Shown here: positions 34,601-44,172 of the stretch, piece after piece
How positions within the stretch are numbered: the first letter of the stretch is position 1
Layout: the number at the start of each line of letters is the position of its first letter
From: Mycobacteriales bacterium
Lineage (GTDB): Bacteria; Actinomycetota; Actinomycetes; Mycobacteriales; SCTD01
Length of the DNA: 64,000 nt
Assembly (NCBI GenBank): GCA_046593925.1
Contig: JBKJQN010000082.1
Span: forward strand, 126-64,125
Reading direction: 5' to 3'
Made by a program: the position numbers and the translations under genes
Notes under the pieces: model-generated
The model's database searches: none
What the model was told of the DNA's origin: nothing
What the model saw: the letters and a program-made list of their open reading frames with translations, nothing else

Positions 34601-34939
34601 GAGCCAGCCGGCGGCCCGCAACGCCCGCAGTGCGCTGCGTACCCGGCCGGCGAGCTCGTCGGCCGCCTTCGTGGTGAAGGTCAGGCCGAGCACACCGTCT
34701 GGCCGGACGAGGCCCTGCGCGACCAGCCACACGACCCGCGCCACCATGGTCGCGGTCTTGCCGCTGCCCGCTCCGGCGACGACGACCCCGGCCGCCAGCG
34801 GGGCTGTCACGACCTCGGCCTGCTCGTCGCTGACCGGCTTGTGCAGTACCCGAGCGAGGTCGTCGAGCCCGAACGCCTTCCGCAGCACGAGCCCCGTCAT
34901 CGCAGGACGCCGGTGCCCTCGGACCACAGCGGGCAGCAC
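31679..34939 (-). CDS. adnB: helicase-nuclease AdnB-like (UvrD-type motor plus C-terminal RecB-family nuclease)
   Basis: The 1086-aa ORF has AGAGSGKTATMV and LLDEYQD, with the C-terminal nuclease motif GRMDAVY...IVDWKTG. Confidence 0.85.
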   Translation of the reverse strand: MLPAVVRGHRRPAMTGLVLRKAFGLDDLARVLHKPVSDEQAEVVTAPLAAGVVVAGAGSGKTATMVARVVWLVAQGLVRPDGVLGLTFTTKAADELAGRVRSALRALRAAGWLPDAYADLEPMVSTYHAYAGRLVRDHALRLGREPAARLITPATSWQLASRAVATYDGPLDAKDMAESTAVQTVLALAGDLSEHLRVPQDVVDLGAWLRATGDATSGLLKPARDVLVCQAVREQLLPVVASYTALKRARELLDFGDVVALAAQLARDCPEVRAAEREAHPVVLLDEYQDTGAAQEVLLGSLFGDGHPVTAVGDPCQSIYGWRGASAGTLRRFAALYGADPAATRQLSTTYRSGGRVLQLANLVAADLRTDGVQVRELGPAPGRERAGWVRCALLADVVSEAEWVAQQVRAAVLALPPDDERGRQWARAAVLCRKRSLFPALREAFEAIEVPVEVVGLGGLLSVPEVADLVATLRVLDDPTADAELLRLLTGPRWRIGPRDLAALGAQARTLVRRVTGREPGDAVEAVVLGVADADAGSLVDALDELPQHGLSDEGRRRMTALRDELRSLRRRADQPLPELVADVERTLGLDVEVVARVGAPGPAQARADLDAFADAAASFAGDAAQDGSGEAVLSAFLAYLGAAAEEENGLDAGAPGAADTVKLMTVHAAKGLEWAVVAVPGLARSVAAGGPAVFPGKPQGTSWLKTPRLLPFPLRGDSGDLPCLAGLGKVDLEAFAAALAERDAREERRLAYVAFTRAERLLLCSGHHWGHQRQPLGPSVFLLEARQACEQGAGDVDVWVEKVPEPNPLVAQGRAASWPDPAPPAGRQVQAAAERVRELLDGAPVDNAHVLSSEAARQVAVWDDDLQRLADEERRRRGRRTHAVLPGQLSVSRLVELRRDPQALARALLRPLPRRPSLVARRGTAFHAWLETVVFGTPQLLDPLELPGSADQAPVGADLAALQEAFRRSSWWGREPAEIEVPFEMEVEGVLVRGRMDAVYSGGDRAEIVDWKTGAPPVGADAQAAAVQLAAYRLAWHELSGTPLERIGAAFHYVAQGITVRPADLLGADRLRALLRDVPRLGGG

Positions 34940-37900
34940 GGCCGGACGCCGCAGCGCTCGCAGTGCTCATTGACCTGGGCGGGGAAGGTACTGCCGCCCA
35001 TACCGTCGACGACCCGAAGGACGAGCTCCTGCGCCCAGCCGGGATCGGGGTCGTCGGCCAACGGCGGCTGGCGCTGCTCCTTGGCCTTCGCGACCCCCTT
35101 GAGCTGCAGCAGCGCCGCCCCTCCCGACGCCACCATCCCCTGCTCGGCGAAGGCGCCGAGCTGCGCGGCGAGCTGGTACGCACCCAGCTGTGGGTGCCGC
35201 GCCACCTCGCTGTCCCTGGGCTTGGACGTGCCGGTCTTGAGGTCGACGACGACGGCTCGGCCCTGCGCGTCGCGCTCGAGCCGGTCGACCCGGCCGCGCA
35301 GCTCCGCACCCTCGCGCAGGGCGACGCGGACGTCGACCTCGGTGCCCACCAGCTGGCGATCGCTGCCCTGCACCCAGGCCAGGAAGCGGTCGAGCTGCTG
35401 CATGGCCTCACGACGTCGCCGGCGTACCGCCCAGGGCGCGCCGAGGTCGAGCTCGGGCAGCACCTCGTCGAGTCGCGCCTCGAGCTGGTCACGCTGCAGG
35501 GGCGCGTCGCCGCTGGCCAGCTCGCACAGCGCATGCACCAGGCTGCCCAGCACCTGCGATGGCCCGGTGCTCCCGGAGGTACCGACGCCGCTCTCGAGGA
35601 ACCAGCGCAGCGCGCACAGGTCGAAGGACTCGACCTTGGACGGCGACACCCGCACCGGCTCGCCGGCGCGCACCAGCGGTCCGTCGTCGGACAGCGGCGC
35701 GATCCCCCACCAGCGGTCGGGGTGGGCCCCGACCACCCGCGGGCTGGCGTCGTCACCGACCGCGAGCCGGGCCAGTCGCAGGCAGGCCCCCTCGCGCAGC
35801 GCCGGGTCCGGTGACGTCGCGGCCACCGATCGCAGCTCGGCGAGCAGGCCGGCACCGGTGAACGGCCGGCCGACCGGGGTGGCCGCGGCCGGCAGCGGCA
35901 GGCCGAGCTCCTCCAGGAACCGGCTGGGCCGCTCATCACCGCCTTCGCCGGCAGCGACCGCCGTGACCACGAGCCGTTCTCGGGCGCGGGTGACCGCGAC
36001 GTAGAACAACCTGCGCTCCTCCGCCAGCAGCGCGGCGCGTCGGTCGGCGTGCGGCCCGGCGCCGGTCTGCAGGTCAGCGGCGCCGAGCAGCGAGCCGCGC
36101 AGACGCAAGTCGGGCCAGACGGCCTCCTGGACGCCGGCCACGACGACGACCCGCCACTCCAGGCCCTTGCTGGCGTGGGCGGTCATCACCCGAACCGCGT
36201 CGCCCTCGGGCGTGCGTTGCGAGAGCGAGTCGGCCGGCACCTCCTGTGCCGCGACGTCGTCCAGGAAGCCCAGCGCGCCGGCGCCGGGGAGGCGGTCGAC
36301 GTAGCGGGCAGCGGCGTCGAACAGCCCGATGACGGCGTCGAGAGCGCGGTCGGCGACGGCGCCACGCGGGCCGCCCTCCACACTGGTCCGCTCCAGCCGT
36401 TCCGCGAGCCCGGTGGCCACCCACAGCGACCACAGGACGTCCTCGACCGGGACGGCGGGGAGCGGGTCCGGCAGTGGTGGGACGGCGGGGACCTGGGCCG
36501 CGTCCCGGACCGCCCGGATGAGTCGGTTCAGACGGGCAAGCGGAGCGGCGTTCTGGCGCGGCAGCCCGAGGACCTGCCCGGGGTCGCGGATGGCCTGGAC
36601 GAGCAGCGCGTCGGCTGGCGTGGTGCCCCGGGCCTGCAGGTCGGCGTCGCGAAGGGCGCGCCGCAACCGGCGTACGACCAGCCCATCGGCGCGAACCAGC
36701 GGCCCGACGAGCAGCGCGAGGGCGCGGGGCTCGTCGATCCGCTCCGGCCGCAGGCCGGCGTCGAGCACCTCGAGAAGTGCCTTGACGACCGGCTCCTCGG
36801 CGAGCGGAACCTCGTCGGCCGGCACCACGACTGGGACCCCGGCAGCCTGCAGGCCGCGCCGCAGCCCGGCCAGTGAGCGCGGCGTGGAGCGCAGCAGGAC
36901 GGCCATGTCGGACCACGCGACACCGTCGTGCAGGTGCGCCCGCCGCAGCACGTCGGCGACCAGCGCCGCCTCGCCGGTGGGGGTGGCGGCCAGCCGCAGC
37001 TCGACCGTCCCCGCCGTCGTGACGACCTGCGGGTCAGGGCGCAGCTCGCGAAACCCGGCCGGCAGGCCACCTGCCGACAGCCGTGCGGCGACCGCCCGGC
37101 TGGCGGCGAGCAGGCCGGCGCCGGAGCGACGACATGTGCGCAGCGCGACCACCGGGGCCGGCTCCCCGGCGGTCGTCCGGAAGGTGTCCCGAAAATCCAT
37201 GACGCCGCGCACGTCGGCCCCACGAAAGCCGTAGATGCTCTGGTCAGGGTCGCCGACGGCCACCAGGTCACGCCCGTCGCCGGCGAGCGCCTGCAGGAGC
37301 CGCACCTGTGCGGGGTCGGTGTCCTGGTACTCGTCGACGAACACGACCAGGCGGGCGGCGCGCTCGCGGGCGCGCAGCTCGTCGCCGTCCTCGAGCAGCG
37401 CCGCGGCGGTGCGTACCAGCCCGGCGTAGTCCAACACCTCGACCGACGGATCGAGGTCGAAGCGGTCCTCGTAGGACTGCAGGAAACCGGCCGCGGCCAC
37501 CCAGTCCTCCCGGCCGCGCTCGAGCCCGAGCGCGCGCAGCCGGTCCGGGCCGATCCCGCGCTCCTGCGCACGCAGCAGCAGGTCGCGCAGCTCCTGCCGG
37601 AAGCCCCGTAGACCCAAGGCAGGACGCAGCGCCGCCGGCCACCGCTGCGAGCCGTCCTCGACCTCGCCCTTGAGCAGCCGGCCCACCTCGAGGTCCTGCT
37701 CCGGACCGGTGAGCAGCCGTAGCGCCGGCCCGCCCGACCCCGCGAGCTCTCGTCGGAGCAGCGCGAAAGCGTACGAGTGGAAGGTCATGGCCAACGCACC
37801 GCGAGTGGTGCCGCCGAGCCGCGCGGTCACCCGCTCGCGGAGCTCCTGGGCAGCCTTGCGACTGAACGTGAGGACCAGCAGCTGCTCGGGCGCGAGGCCC

Positions 37901-38154
37901 CGCTCACGCACCCGGTGCACCACGGCCTCGACCAGCGTGGTGGTCTTGCCGGTGCCGGGGCCGGCGAGCACCAGCACCGGGCCACCAGGGTGCTCGACGA
38001 CCCGGCGCTGGTCAGGGTCGAGCCGGGGCCCCGACCGCTGGGCGGCCGGGCGCCGAGCAAGGGTCGGGGCGTCCACGGCGGCGAGTCCACCACGGCCCTC
38101 CGACAGGACCCGGTGCGCGCCCCAGCGGCCCGGCGTCGCGGGGCGCTTCACCAC
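34897..38154 (-). CDS. adnA: helicase-nuclease AdnA-like (degenerate motor plus nuclease with Fe-S Cys cluster)
   Basis: It has AGPGTGKTTT, VDEYQD, GRVDRLE..VVDLKTG and a terminal CERCGVRPCCPLW. The start is probably GTG 38154/38151, because GC3 is lower upstream. The maximal ORF reaches 38277. Confidence 0.8.
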   Translation of the reverse strand: MVKRPATPGRWGAHRVLSEGRGGLAAVDAPTLARRPAAQRSGPRLDPDQRRVVEHPGGPVLVLAGPGTGKTTTLVEAVVHRVRERGLAPEQLLVLTFSRKAAQELRERVTARLGGTTRGALAMTFHSYAFALLRRELAGSGGPALRLLTGPEQDLEVGRLLKGEVEDGSQRWPAALRPALGLRGFRQELRDLLLRAQERGIGPDRLRALGLERGREDWVAAAGFLQSYEDRFDLDPSVEVLDYAGLVRTAAALLEDGDELRARERAARLVVFVDEYQDTDPAQVRLLQALAGDGRDLVAVGDPDQSIYGFRGADVRGVMDFRDTFRTTAGEPAPVVALRTCRRSGAGLLAASRAVAARLSAGGLPAGFRELRPDPQVVTTAGTVELRLAATPTGEAALVADVLRRAHLHDGVAWSDMAVLLRSTPRSLAGLRRGLQAAGVPVVVPADEVPLAEEPVVKALLEVLDAGLRPERIDEPRALALLVGPLVRADGLVVRRLRRALRDADLQARGTTPADALLVQAIRDPGQVLGLPRQNAAPLARLNRLIRAVRDAAQVPAVPPLPDPLPAVPVEDVLWSLWVATGLAERLERTSVEGGPRGAVADRALDAVIGLFDAAARYVDRLPGAGALGFLDDVAAQEVPADSLSQRTPEGDAVRVMTAHASKGLEWRVVVVAGVQEAVWPDLRLRGSLLGAADLQTGAGPHADRRAALLAEERRLFYVAVTRARERLVVTAVAAGEGGDERPSRFLEELGLPLPAAATPVGRPFTGAGLLAELRSVAATSPDPALREGACLRLARLAVGDDASPRVVGAHPDRWWGIAPLSDDGPLVRAGEPVRVSPSKVESFDLCALRWFLESGVGTSGSTGPSQVLGSLVHALCELASGDAPLQRDQLEARLDEVLPELDLGAPWAVRRRRREAMQQLDRFLAWVQGSDRQLVGTEVDVRVALREGAELRGRVDRLERDAQGRAVVVDLKTGTSKPRDSEVARHPQLGAYQLAAQLGAFAEQGMVASGGAALLQLKGVAKAKEQRQPPLADDPDPGWAQELVLRVVDGMGGSTFPAQVNEHCERCGVRPCCPLWSEGTGVLR

Positions 38155-38246
38155 ATCGCCGAGACCACCTTGGTGCGCGCTGACCGCCGCCCGTCGGTGA
38201 TCCAGGTCCGTCTGCTGTCGCCCTGGCGACAGCGGACCCTGGGTCG

Positions 38247-38543
38247 TCAGGCCAGGTCCGCGCCGGGCCCGCGCCACCGCGCAGCGGCGAGATCGACCCG
38301 CTCACCGACCACCGGGCAACCCTCGGCGCGCAGCCGCTCCATGGCGTCCCGCAGGTGGGGTTCCGCGGGCCGTCCGCCGGCCTGCACCACCCGCCACCAC
38401 GCGACCTCGTGGCCGTACCGCGACAGGACGGTCCCGACGGTCCGCCCGGAGCCCCGGCCGGTCCACTCCGCGATGTCACCGTACGTAGCCACCTGGCCGG
38501 CCGGCACCAGCTCGACCGCGTCGAGCACGATCCGGGCGTACAC
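38247..38543 (-). CDS. MGMT-family DNA-binding protein (Atl/Rv3204-like)
   Basis: From GTG 38543 the product is VYARIVLDAVELVPAGQVATYGDIAEW...WWRVV. No PCHR active-site motif is seen. Confidence 0.75.
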   Translation of the reverse strand: MYARIVLDAVELVPAGQVATYGDIAEWTGRGSGRTVGTVLSRYGHEVAWWRVVQAGGRPAEPHLRDAMERLRAEGCPVVGERVDLAAARWRGPGADLA

Positions 38544-38602
38544 CGACGGCGGCGCCGCGCCCGGCCGGACGGCGAGGCCGGCCGAGACGCTGGCCGGGCG
38601 GC

Positions 38603-39793
38603 TCAGTAGGTCGGCAGGGACGTGTCGACCTGCGCCTGCCAGGCGAGCACCCCGCCCTGCACATGCACCGAGTTGGTGAGCCCGGCCGCCTTGAGGGCCG
38701 CCAGCGCCTCCGCGGACCGCACGCCGCTCTTGCAGTGCAGGATGATCTGCTTGTCCTGCGGCAGGGCCGCGAGCGCCGATCCGTTCAGGATCTCGCCCTT
38801 CGGGATCAGCACGGAGCCGGGGATCTGCACGATCTCGTACTCCGCGGGCTCCCGGACGTCGACCAGCAGGAACTCCTCGCCAGCGTCCATCTTGGCCTTG
38901 AGCTCGGTCGCCAGGATCGTGCTGCCCGCCGCCGCCTGCTGGGCTTCCTCCGACACCGTGCCGCAGAAGGCCTCGTAGTCGATGAGCCCCGTGATCGTCG
39001 GGTTCTTGCCGCAGAGCGGGCACTCCGGGTCCTTGCGGACCGTCAGCTTGCGGTACTCCATCTCCAGCGCGTCATACACCATCAGCTTGCCGACCAGCGT
39101 CTCACCGATGCCCATCAGCAGCTTGACGGCCTCGGTGCTCTGGATGGCCCCGATCGAGGCGCACAGGATGCCGAGGACGCCCCCCTCGGCGCAGCTCGGG
39201 ACCATCCCGGGGGGCGGCGGCTCCGGGTAGAGGCACCGGTAGCAGGGCGCGTCGCCGCCGGGGGCGGTCGGCCAGAAGACGCTCGCCTGGCCGTCGAAGC
39301 GGTAGATCGAGCCCCAGACGTACGGCTTGCCCAGGAAGAAGGCCGCGTCGTTGACGAGGTAGCGGGTCGCGAAGTTGTCGGTGCCGTCGACGATCAGGTC
39401 GTACTGCTCGAAGATCTCGTACACGTTGCTGGAGTCCAGCCGCTCCTGGTGCAACACGACCTTGACCAGGGGGTTGATCTCCAGCACCGAGTCGCGGGCA
39501 CTCTCGGCCTTGCTCCGGCCTATGTCGCTCTGACCGTGGATGACCTGGCGCTGCAGATTGGACTCGTCGACGACGTCGAAGTCGACGATGCCCAGCGTGC
39601 CGACGCCCGCGGCCGCGAGGTAGAGCAGCGTCGGTGAGCCGAGCCCACCGGCACCGATCGCGAGGACCTTGGCGTTCTTCAGGCGCTTCTGCCCGGTCGT
39701 CGCAACGTCCGGGATGATGAGGTGCCGGCTATAGCGCATGACCTCTTCGCGCGACAGCTCGGCGGCTGGCTCAACCAGCGGCGGCAGGGACAT
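38603..39793 (-). CDS. moeZ: adenylyltransferase/sulfurtransferase MoeZ (ThiF domain plus rhodanese)
   Basis: It has RYSRHLIIP, AIGAGGLGSP, CYRCLYP, CPLCG and a C-terminal rhodanese with HCKSGVRS. Confidence 0.9.
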   Translation of the reverse strand: MSLPPLVEPAAELSREEVMRYSRHLIIPDVATTGQKRLKNAKVLAIGAGGLGSPTLLYLAAAGVGTLGIVDFDVVDESNLQRQVIHGQSDIGRSKAESARDSVLEINPLVKVVLHQERLDSSNVYEIFEQYDLIVDGTDNFATRYLVNDAAFFLGKPYVWGSIYRFDGQASVFWPTAPGGDAPCYRCLYPEPPPPGMVPSCAEGGVLGILCASIGAIQSTEAVKLLMGIGETLVGKLMVYDALEMEYRKLTVRKDPECPLCGKNPTITGLIDYEAFCGTVSEEAQQAAAGSTILATELKAKMDAGEEFLLVDVREPAEYEIVQIPGSVLIPKGEILNGSALAALPQDKQIILHCKSGVRSAEALAALKAAGLTNSVHVQGGVLAWQAQVDTSLPTY

Positions 39794-39820
39794 CTTGGCG
39801 GCACTCCTCCGGTAGCAGGT

Positions 39821-40801
39821 TCACCCATCCAAAGGCGGACGGCGTCCGACGGATTCCCCCGGGTCGGGTCTGACGCCGTCCACCGCCGGGCCCTCCTCGA
39901 GCAGTCCGAGGAAGGCGCGGGCGACGAGGTCGGGCCGCTCCATCTGGGCGACGTGCCCGACATCGTCGAGCACGAGTAGCCGGGCGTCGGGGAAGGTACG
40001 GGCCGCCCGCGGCGCGAGCGAGACGTCCACGAGCCGGTCCTGGGTACCCCAGACCAGCAATGTGGGGGCCGCCACGCGGGCCGCCTGCCGCCACACCGCG
40101 CGCGGCCCGCGCGCCAGGTAGCTGCCGACGAGTCCACGCAGCGAGCGGGTAAAGGCCTCGGCGTCGTGTGGAAGACCACTGCGCCGGCGGACCTCCTCAA
40201 CAGCCTCGGCGAGCCGCTCGGGCGACACCCGGGACGGGTCGGCCCAGCACAGCTGCACAACGGCGCTGGCCCGCTGCTCGGAGGTCACCGACGCCAGCTG
40301 ACGCCGGGCCAGCGTCTCGAGTCCGGGCAGCAGCAGCAGCGGCAGCCGCGGGTCACTGCCCCGCCGTGGCCGCAGCGACGGCAGCGCCGGGGACACCAGG
40401 GTGAGGGTGCGTACGAGGTCCGGCCGCTTCGCGGCGACCAGCGTCGAAACGGCGCCACCGAGTGAGTTGCCGAACAGGTGGAGCGGGCCGTCACCGCGTG
40501 CCTCGATGCGTTGCACCACAGCGCGCACATGGGCGCCGAGGCGGTAGCCCTCCACCGGCGGCGCGCTGCGGCCGAAGCCCGGCAGGTCCATCGCCTCCGC
40601 CGCGACCCGGCCCTCGAGCAGCGCGATCAGGTCGGTCCAGTTGTTGGACGACCCGCCCAGACCGTGTACGAAAAGCGCGGGTTCGCCGCCGGCCGGGCCG
40701 GACCGCACGAACACCGGGCCCCGCTCCTGCCCGGGCCACGGCGGCAGGTGGCCGCCGAGCTCGGGCAAGGCGGTACACGACAGGGTGGCGGTGCGGATCA
40801 T
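39821..40801 (-). CDS. alpha/beta fold hydrolase
   Basis: It has FVHGLGGSSNNW, the nucleophile elbow GNSLGG, and DDVGHVAQME. Confidence 0.8.
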   Translation of the reverse strand: MIRTATLSCTALPELGGHLPPWPGQERGPVFVRSGPAGGEPALFVHGLGGSSNNWTDLIALLEGRVAAEAMDLPGFGRSAPPVEGYRLGAHVRAVVQRIEARGDGPLHLFGNSLGGAVSTLVAAKRPDLVRTLTLVSPALPSLRPRRGSDPRLPLLLLPGLETLARRQLASVTSEQRASAVVQLCWADPSRVSPERLAEAVEEVRRRSGLPHDAEAFTRSLRGLVGSYLARGPRAVWRQAARVAAPTLLVWGTQDRLVDVSLAPRAARTFPDARLLVLDDVGHVAQMERPDLVARAFLGLLEEGPAVDGVRPDPGESVGRRPPLDG

Positions 40802-41490
40802 CCGGACTCCTCAGGGGTCACCGGCAGGATCTCCCAAGACCCGCCGACCGGCAGATCGCGCCCCTGCCGAAGCAGTCGGGTCGGCGCCACACCGACGGCG
40901 GCTACGGCGCTCCCGCGGGCGACCACGCCCGACTCCTCGGGCAGGCCGAGCACGAGGATCCCGTCGGGAACCCCAGTCTCGATGGCGGCCAGCCAGTCCG
41001 GCCGGCCGCCGGACCAGTGCGGTACGACCAGCACGCCTGCGACGACGCCGAGCCCGGGCGCGATCTCGGGGCCGGCGCGCTCGGGCAGGACGGTCCAGGC
41101 GCCCAGCACCATGGCGCCGGCGCTGGAGCCCGAGACGGCGCCCCCGTCGGCCAGCAGAGCTCTGACAAGGTCGCCGACCGCCGTCGTGCTGAGCGCGTGC
41201 AGGAGCCGGGACGGTGAGCCGCCCGGCAGCACGATCAGCCTGGCCCGCCGCAGCGTGGCGAGCGCCGCGGCCGGGTCATCACGGACGTCCGGCGCGGCCA
41301 GAACCTGGGCACCGGTCGCGGCGTAGTGCCGTACGCCGTTGCGGTTGGCCGTGTCGTATTCGCGTCCGGGTGCGCCCGCCAGGGCACTGACGACGACCGG
41401 ACCGCCCACCTCGCGCACGAAGGCGGTGTCCATCGGCAGGCAGCCGGACGAGAACTCGCCGCCGCCCTGCAGCAGGACCGGACCGCTCAT
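40798..41490 (-). CDS. peptidase S51 / type-1 glutamine-amidotransferase-like protein
   Basis: It has LPGGSPSRLL and GSSAGAMVLG. It overlaps both neighbours by 4 nt. Confidence 0.7.
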   Translation of the reverse strand: MSGPVLLQGGGEFSSGCLPMDTAFVREVGGPVVVSALAGAPGREYDTANRNGVRHYAATGAQVLAAPDVRDDPAAALATLRRARLIVLPGGSPSRLLHALSTTAVGDLVRALLADGGAVSGSSAGAMVLGAWTVLPERAGPEIAPGLGVVAGVLVVPHWSGGRPDWLAAIETGVPDGILVLGLPEESGVVARGSAVAAVGVAPTRLLRQGRDLPVGGSWEILPVTPEESG

Positions 41491-44102
41491 GCCGACGGCC
41501 CGGGCAGGTAGGACAGGACCAGCAGGGCCACGTCGTCGTCACCGCCCAAGCTACGGCCCAGCGACTCCAGCACCTGGTCGCAGACCTGCTCCGGCGGCAG
41601 CCGGACACCCTCCAGAGCGGCCCGCAGCCGCTCGAGCCCGACGTCCAGGGACTCCTCCCGGTTCTCGACCAGCCCGTCGGTGTACAGCACCACCGTGTCG
41701 CCGGGGTTCAGGTCGAGGGTGACCTCGCCGTACGTGCAAGAAAACGTGCCCAGCGGCGGCCCGGGCTCCACGTCGACATAGCGCGGCGGGCCGGCCGGCG
41801 GGACGTACAGCGGCGGTGGGTGACCGGCGGACGCCACCGTGAGCGTTCCGGCCGCCGGGTCGTACGCCGCGACGAGCATGGTCGCCAGCTCCAGGTCGAG
41901 CAGGACGCCGACGCTGTCCGCGAGACGGCCCAGCAGCCTGCCGGGGCCGTGTCCCTCCAGGGCGAGCGTCGCCGTGATGGCGCGCAGCTGACCCATCCGG
42001 GCGGCGCTGCGCATGCCGTGACCCATCACGTCACCCATCGCGAGCACCAAGCCGTCGCCCACCCGGACGCCCTGGTACCAGTCACCGCCGACGAAGGCGC
42101 CGGTCGCGCCGGGCAGGTAGCGGGCGGCGGTCAGCAGACCGGGTACGGCGGGCACGTCACGCGGCAGCAAGCTGTGCTGCAGCGTGAGGCCGATGCGCCG
42201 CTCAGCGCCGTAGAGCAGCGCGTTGTCCAGCGCGACGGCCGCACGACCGGCCAGGTCGGCCAGCAGCGCCCGGTCCGCCGGGCCGCCGGTCGGCGCCGCG
42301 ACGGTCAGCGCACCCAGCACGCGGTCCCGGCTGACCAGCGGAACGGTGAGCGCCGAGCCGGGATCGATGTCGCGCAGCAGTGCGAGCGTTGCCGGGTCCG
42401 GGGCCAGCGCGAACGCCTCCTCGGGCACCGTCGGGAGCCACTCATCCACCCCGGTGCGCACCACCGCCCCGATGCCGATCTCGTCTGCGGTGGTGAGCGC
42501 GAGCGCCTCGACGGCCGCGGCGAGCTGGGCCTGTTGCCGGCTGTGCGGGTGCGCGACGTGCACGATGTGCACCAGGGCGGGGTCGGCGGGCGCGTCCTGG
42601 CCCCGCAGCAGGGCGTTCGTCTCGGCCGTCAGCGCGACGACGACCCACCGTCCGAGCCGCGGCACGACCAGGTCGCTGAGCCGCTCCAGAACCTGGCGCG
42701 GCTCGAGCGACGCCGACAGCCGGGTGGAGGCATCCGCGAGGATGGCGAGTCGGGAGTTGGCCGCCTCGGCCTCGGCGTACGCCCGCTCCCGCTCGACGGC
42801 GGCCTGCTCACGGTCGGCGTACGACCGCTCGCGCTGCTGCTCGACGGCCCGGCGCTCGGAGATCTCCCTGAAGTAGACCGACAAGCCGTCGGGCCCCGGC
42901 CACACATTGAGCTCGTACCAGCCGCCGAGGGGCTCGTACGGCGCATCGAACAACACCGGCTCGCCGCCAGCGACCGCCTTCTCGAAGTGGTCCTGGAAGA
43001 TGCTGCCCGCCGCCTCGGGAAACTCCTCCCAGATACACCGGCCCAGCAGGTCCTCGCGCCGACGTTGCAACAGCCGCTCGGCCTGCCGGTTGACGTAGGT
43101 GAACCGCCAGGAGGGGTCCAAGGCGTAGAAGCCGTCGCTCATCGTCTCCAGGGTGCGGGCCAGCCGGTCGCGCGCGTAGCGCAGCTCGGTGCTGTCGTAC
43201 GCAACGCCGAGCAGGCGCGTCGAGCGAGCTCCATCCCGGGCCGGCACCACCCGGCCGCGAGCCTCGATCCAGCGCACCTCGCCGCCAGGGCGCACGATGC
43301 GGTACTCCAGAGCCAACTCGCCCTGCGCGGCGAGGGCCTCGGCGATCGCCTCGGCCGCCCAGGCGCGGTCGTCGGGGTGCACGCGGGCGTCGAAGCTCTC
43401 GATCCGCGGGCTGAAGGTCGCACGGTCGTAGCCGAACAGCCGCAGCAACCGGTCGTCCCAGTGCAGGAGATCGCTGCCGGCGTCGTACTCGAAGCTGCCG
43501 ATGTCGGCGGCCTCGAGGGCCAGGTCGAGCCGCGCTGCGGTGTTGCTGACCTCGACCGAGAGCGCCCGCAGCTCCAGCTGGGCCACCACCGACTCGGCGA
43601 GCTCGCCGAGCAGGCCGACCTGTTCCGGCGACCAGGCCCTGGCTTGCACGTCGTAGACGCACAGCGCCCCGATGACCGCGCCGCCCGCGGCGCGCAGCGG
43701 CACGCCGAGGTAGGCCGCGATGCCGCCCGACGCCACGAGCGGTAGCGCCGATACGCGGACGTCTTGCGCGGCGTCGCCGACGGCAAGCGGGCTACCGCTA
43801 CGGGCGGTGACGGAGCACAGGCTGTCATCGAGCGGTGAACCGCGGTCGGCTTCCGTGCCGGGCCGACCGTGCACGCCGACAAGGACCTGCTCGTCGGTCA
43901 GCAATGAAACCTGCGCAAGGGGCGCGCCCACGAGCATCGCGGCCAGCCGGGTGAGTCGATCCAGCCCGGTGATGTCGTCCGCGTCGGCCGCGAGGCGCCG
44001 GGTGGCCTGCAGTCGTGCCGGGTCGGAGAGCACGTCGTACCCGACGCTGACGATCCCGGGTCCCGGGACGTCCAGGCGCAGACGGGAGTCGGGCGACGTC
44101 AT
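41487..44102 (-). CDS. multi-sensor (GAF-PAS-PAS-GAF) SpoIIE/PP2C-family protein phosphatase
   Basis: The 871-aa ORF has a C-terminal PP2C region (GGDWYQ...GDVMGHG...LYTDGLVE). GAF- and PAS-like regions lie upstream. Confidence 0.85.
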   Translation of the reverse strand: MTSPDSRLRLDVPGPGIVSVGYDVLSDPARLQATRRLAADADDITGLDRLTRLAAMLVGAPLAQVSLLTDEQVLVGVHGRPGTEADRGSPLDDSLCSVTARSGSPLAVGDAAQDVRVSALPLVASGGIAAYLGVPLRAAGGAVIGALCVYDVQARAWSPEQVGLLGELAESVVAQLELRALSVEVSNTAARLDLALEAADIGSFEYDAGSDLLHWDDRLLRLFGYDRATFSPRIESFDARVHPDDRAWAAEAIAEALAAQGELALEYRIVRPGGEVRWIEARGRVVPARDGARSTRLLGVAYDSTELRYARDRLARTLETMSDGFYALDPSWRFTYVNRQAERLLQRRREDLLGRCIWEEFPEAAGSIFQDHFEKAVAGGEPVLFDAPYEPLGGWYELNVWPGPDGLSVYFREISERRAVEQQRERSYADREQAAVERERAYAEAEAANSRLAILADASTRLSASLEPRQVLERLSDLVVPRLGRWVVVALTAETNALLRGQDAPADPALVHIVHVAHPHSRQQAQLAAAVEALALTTADEIGIGAVVRTGVDEWLPTVPEEAFALAPDPATLALLRDIDPGSALTVPLVSRDRVLGALTVAAPTGGPADRALLADLAGRAAVALDNALLYGAERRIGLTLQHSLLPRDVPAVPGLLTAARYLPGATGAFVGGDWYQGVRVGDGLVLAMGDVMGHGMRSAARMGQLRAITATLALEGHGPGRLLGRLADSVGVLLDLELATMLVAAYDPAAGTLTVASAGHPPPLYVPPAGPPRYVDVEPGPPLGTFSCTYGEVTLDLNPGDTVVLYTDGLVENREESLDVGLERLRAALEGVRLPPEQVCDQVLESLGRSLGGDDDVALLVLSYLPGPSA

Positions 44103-44172
44103 GGGCGGGAACAGTACCGCCGGTTTCCGCAGCGGGGGCGCCCCTGGCGTCGGCCACCCGGCTGGACCGGAC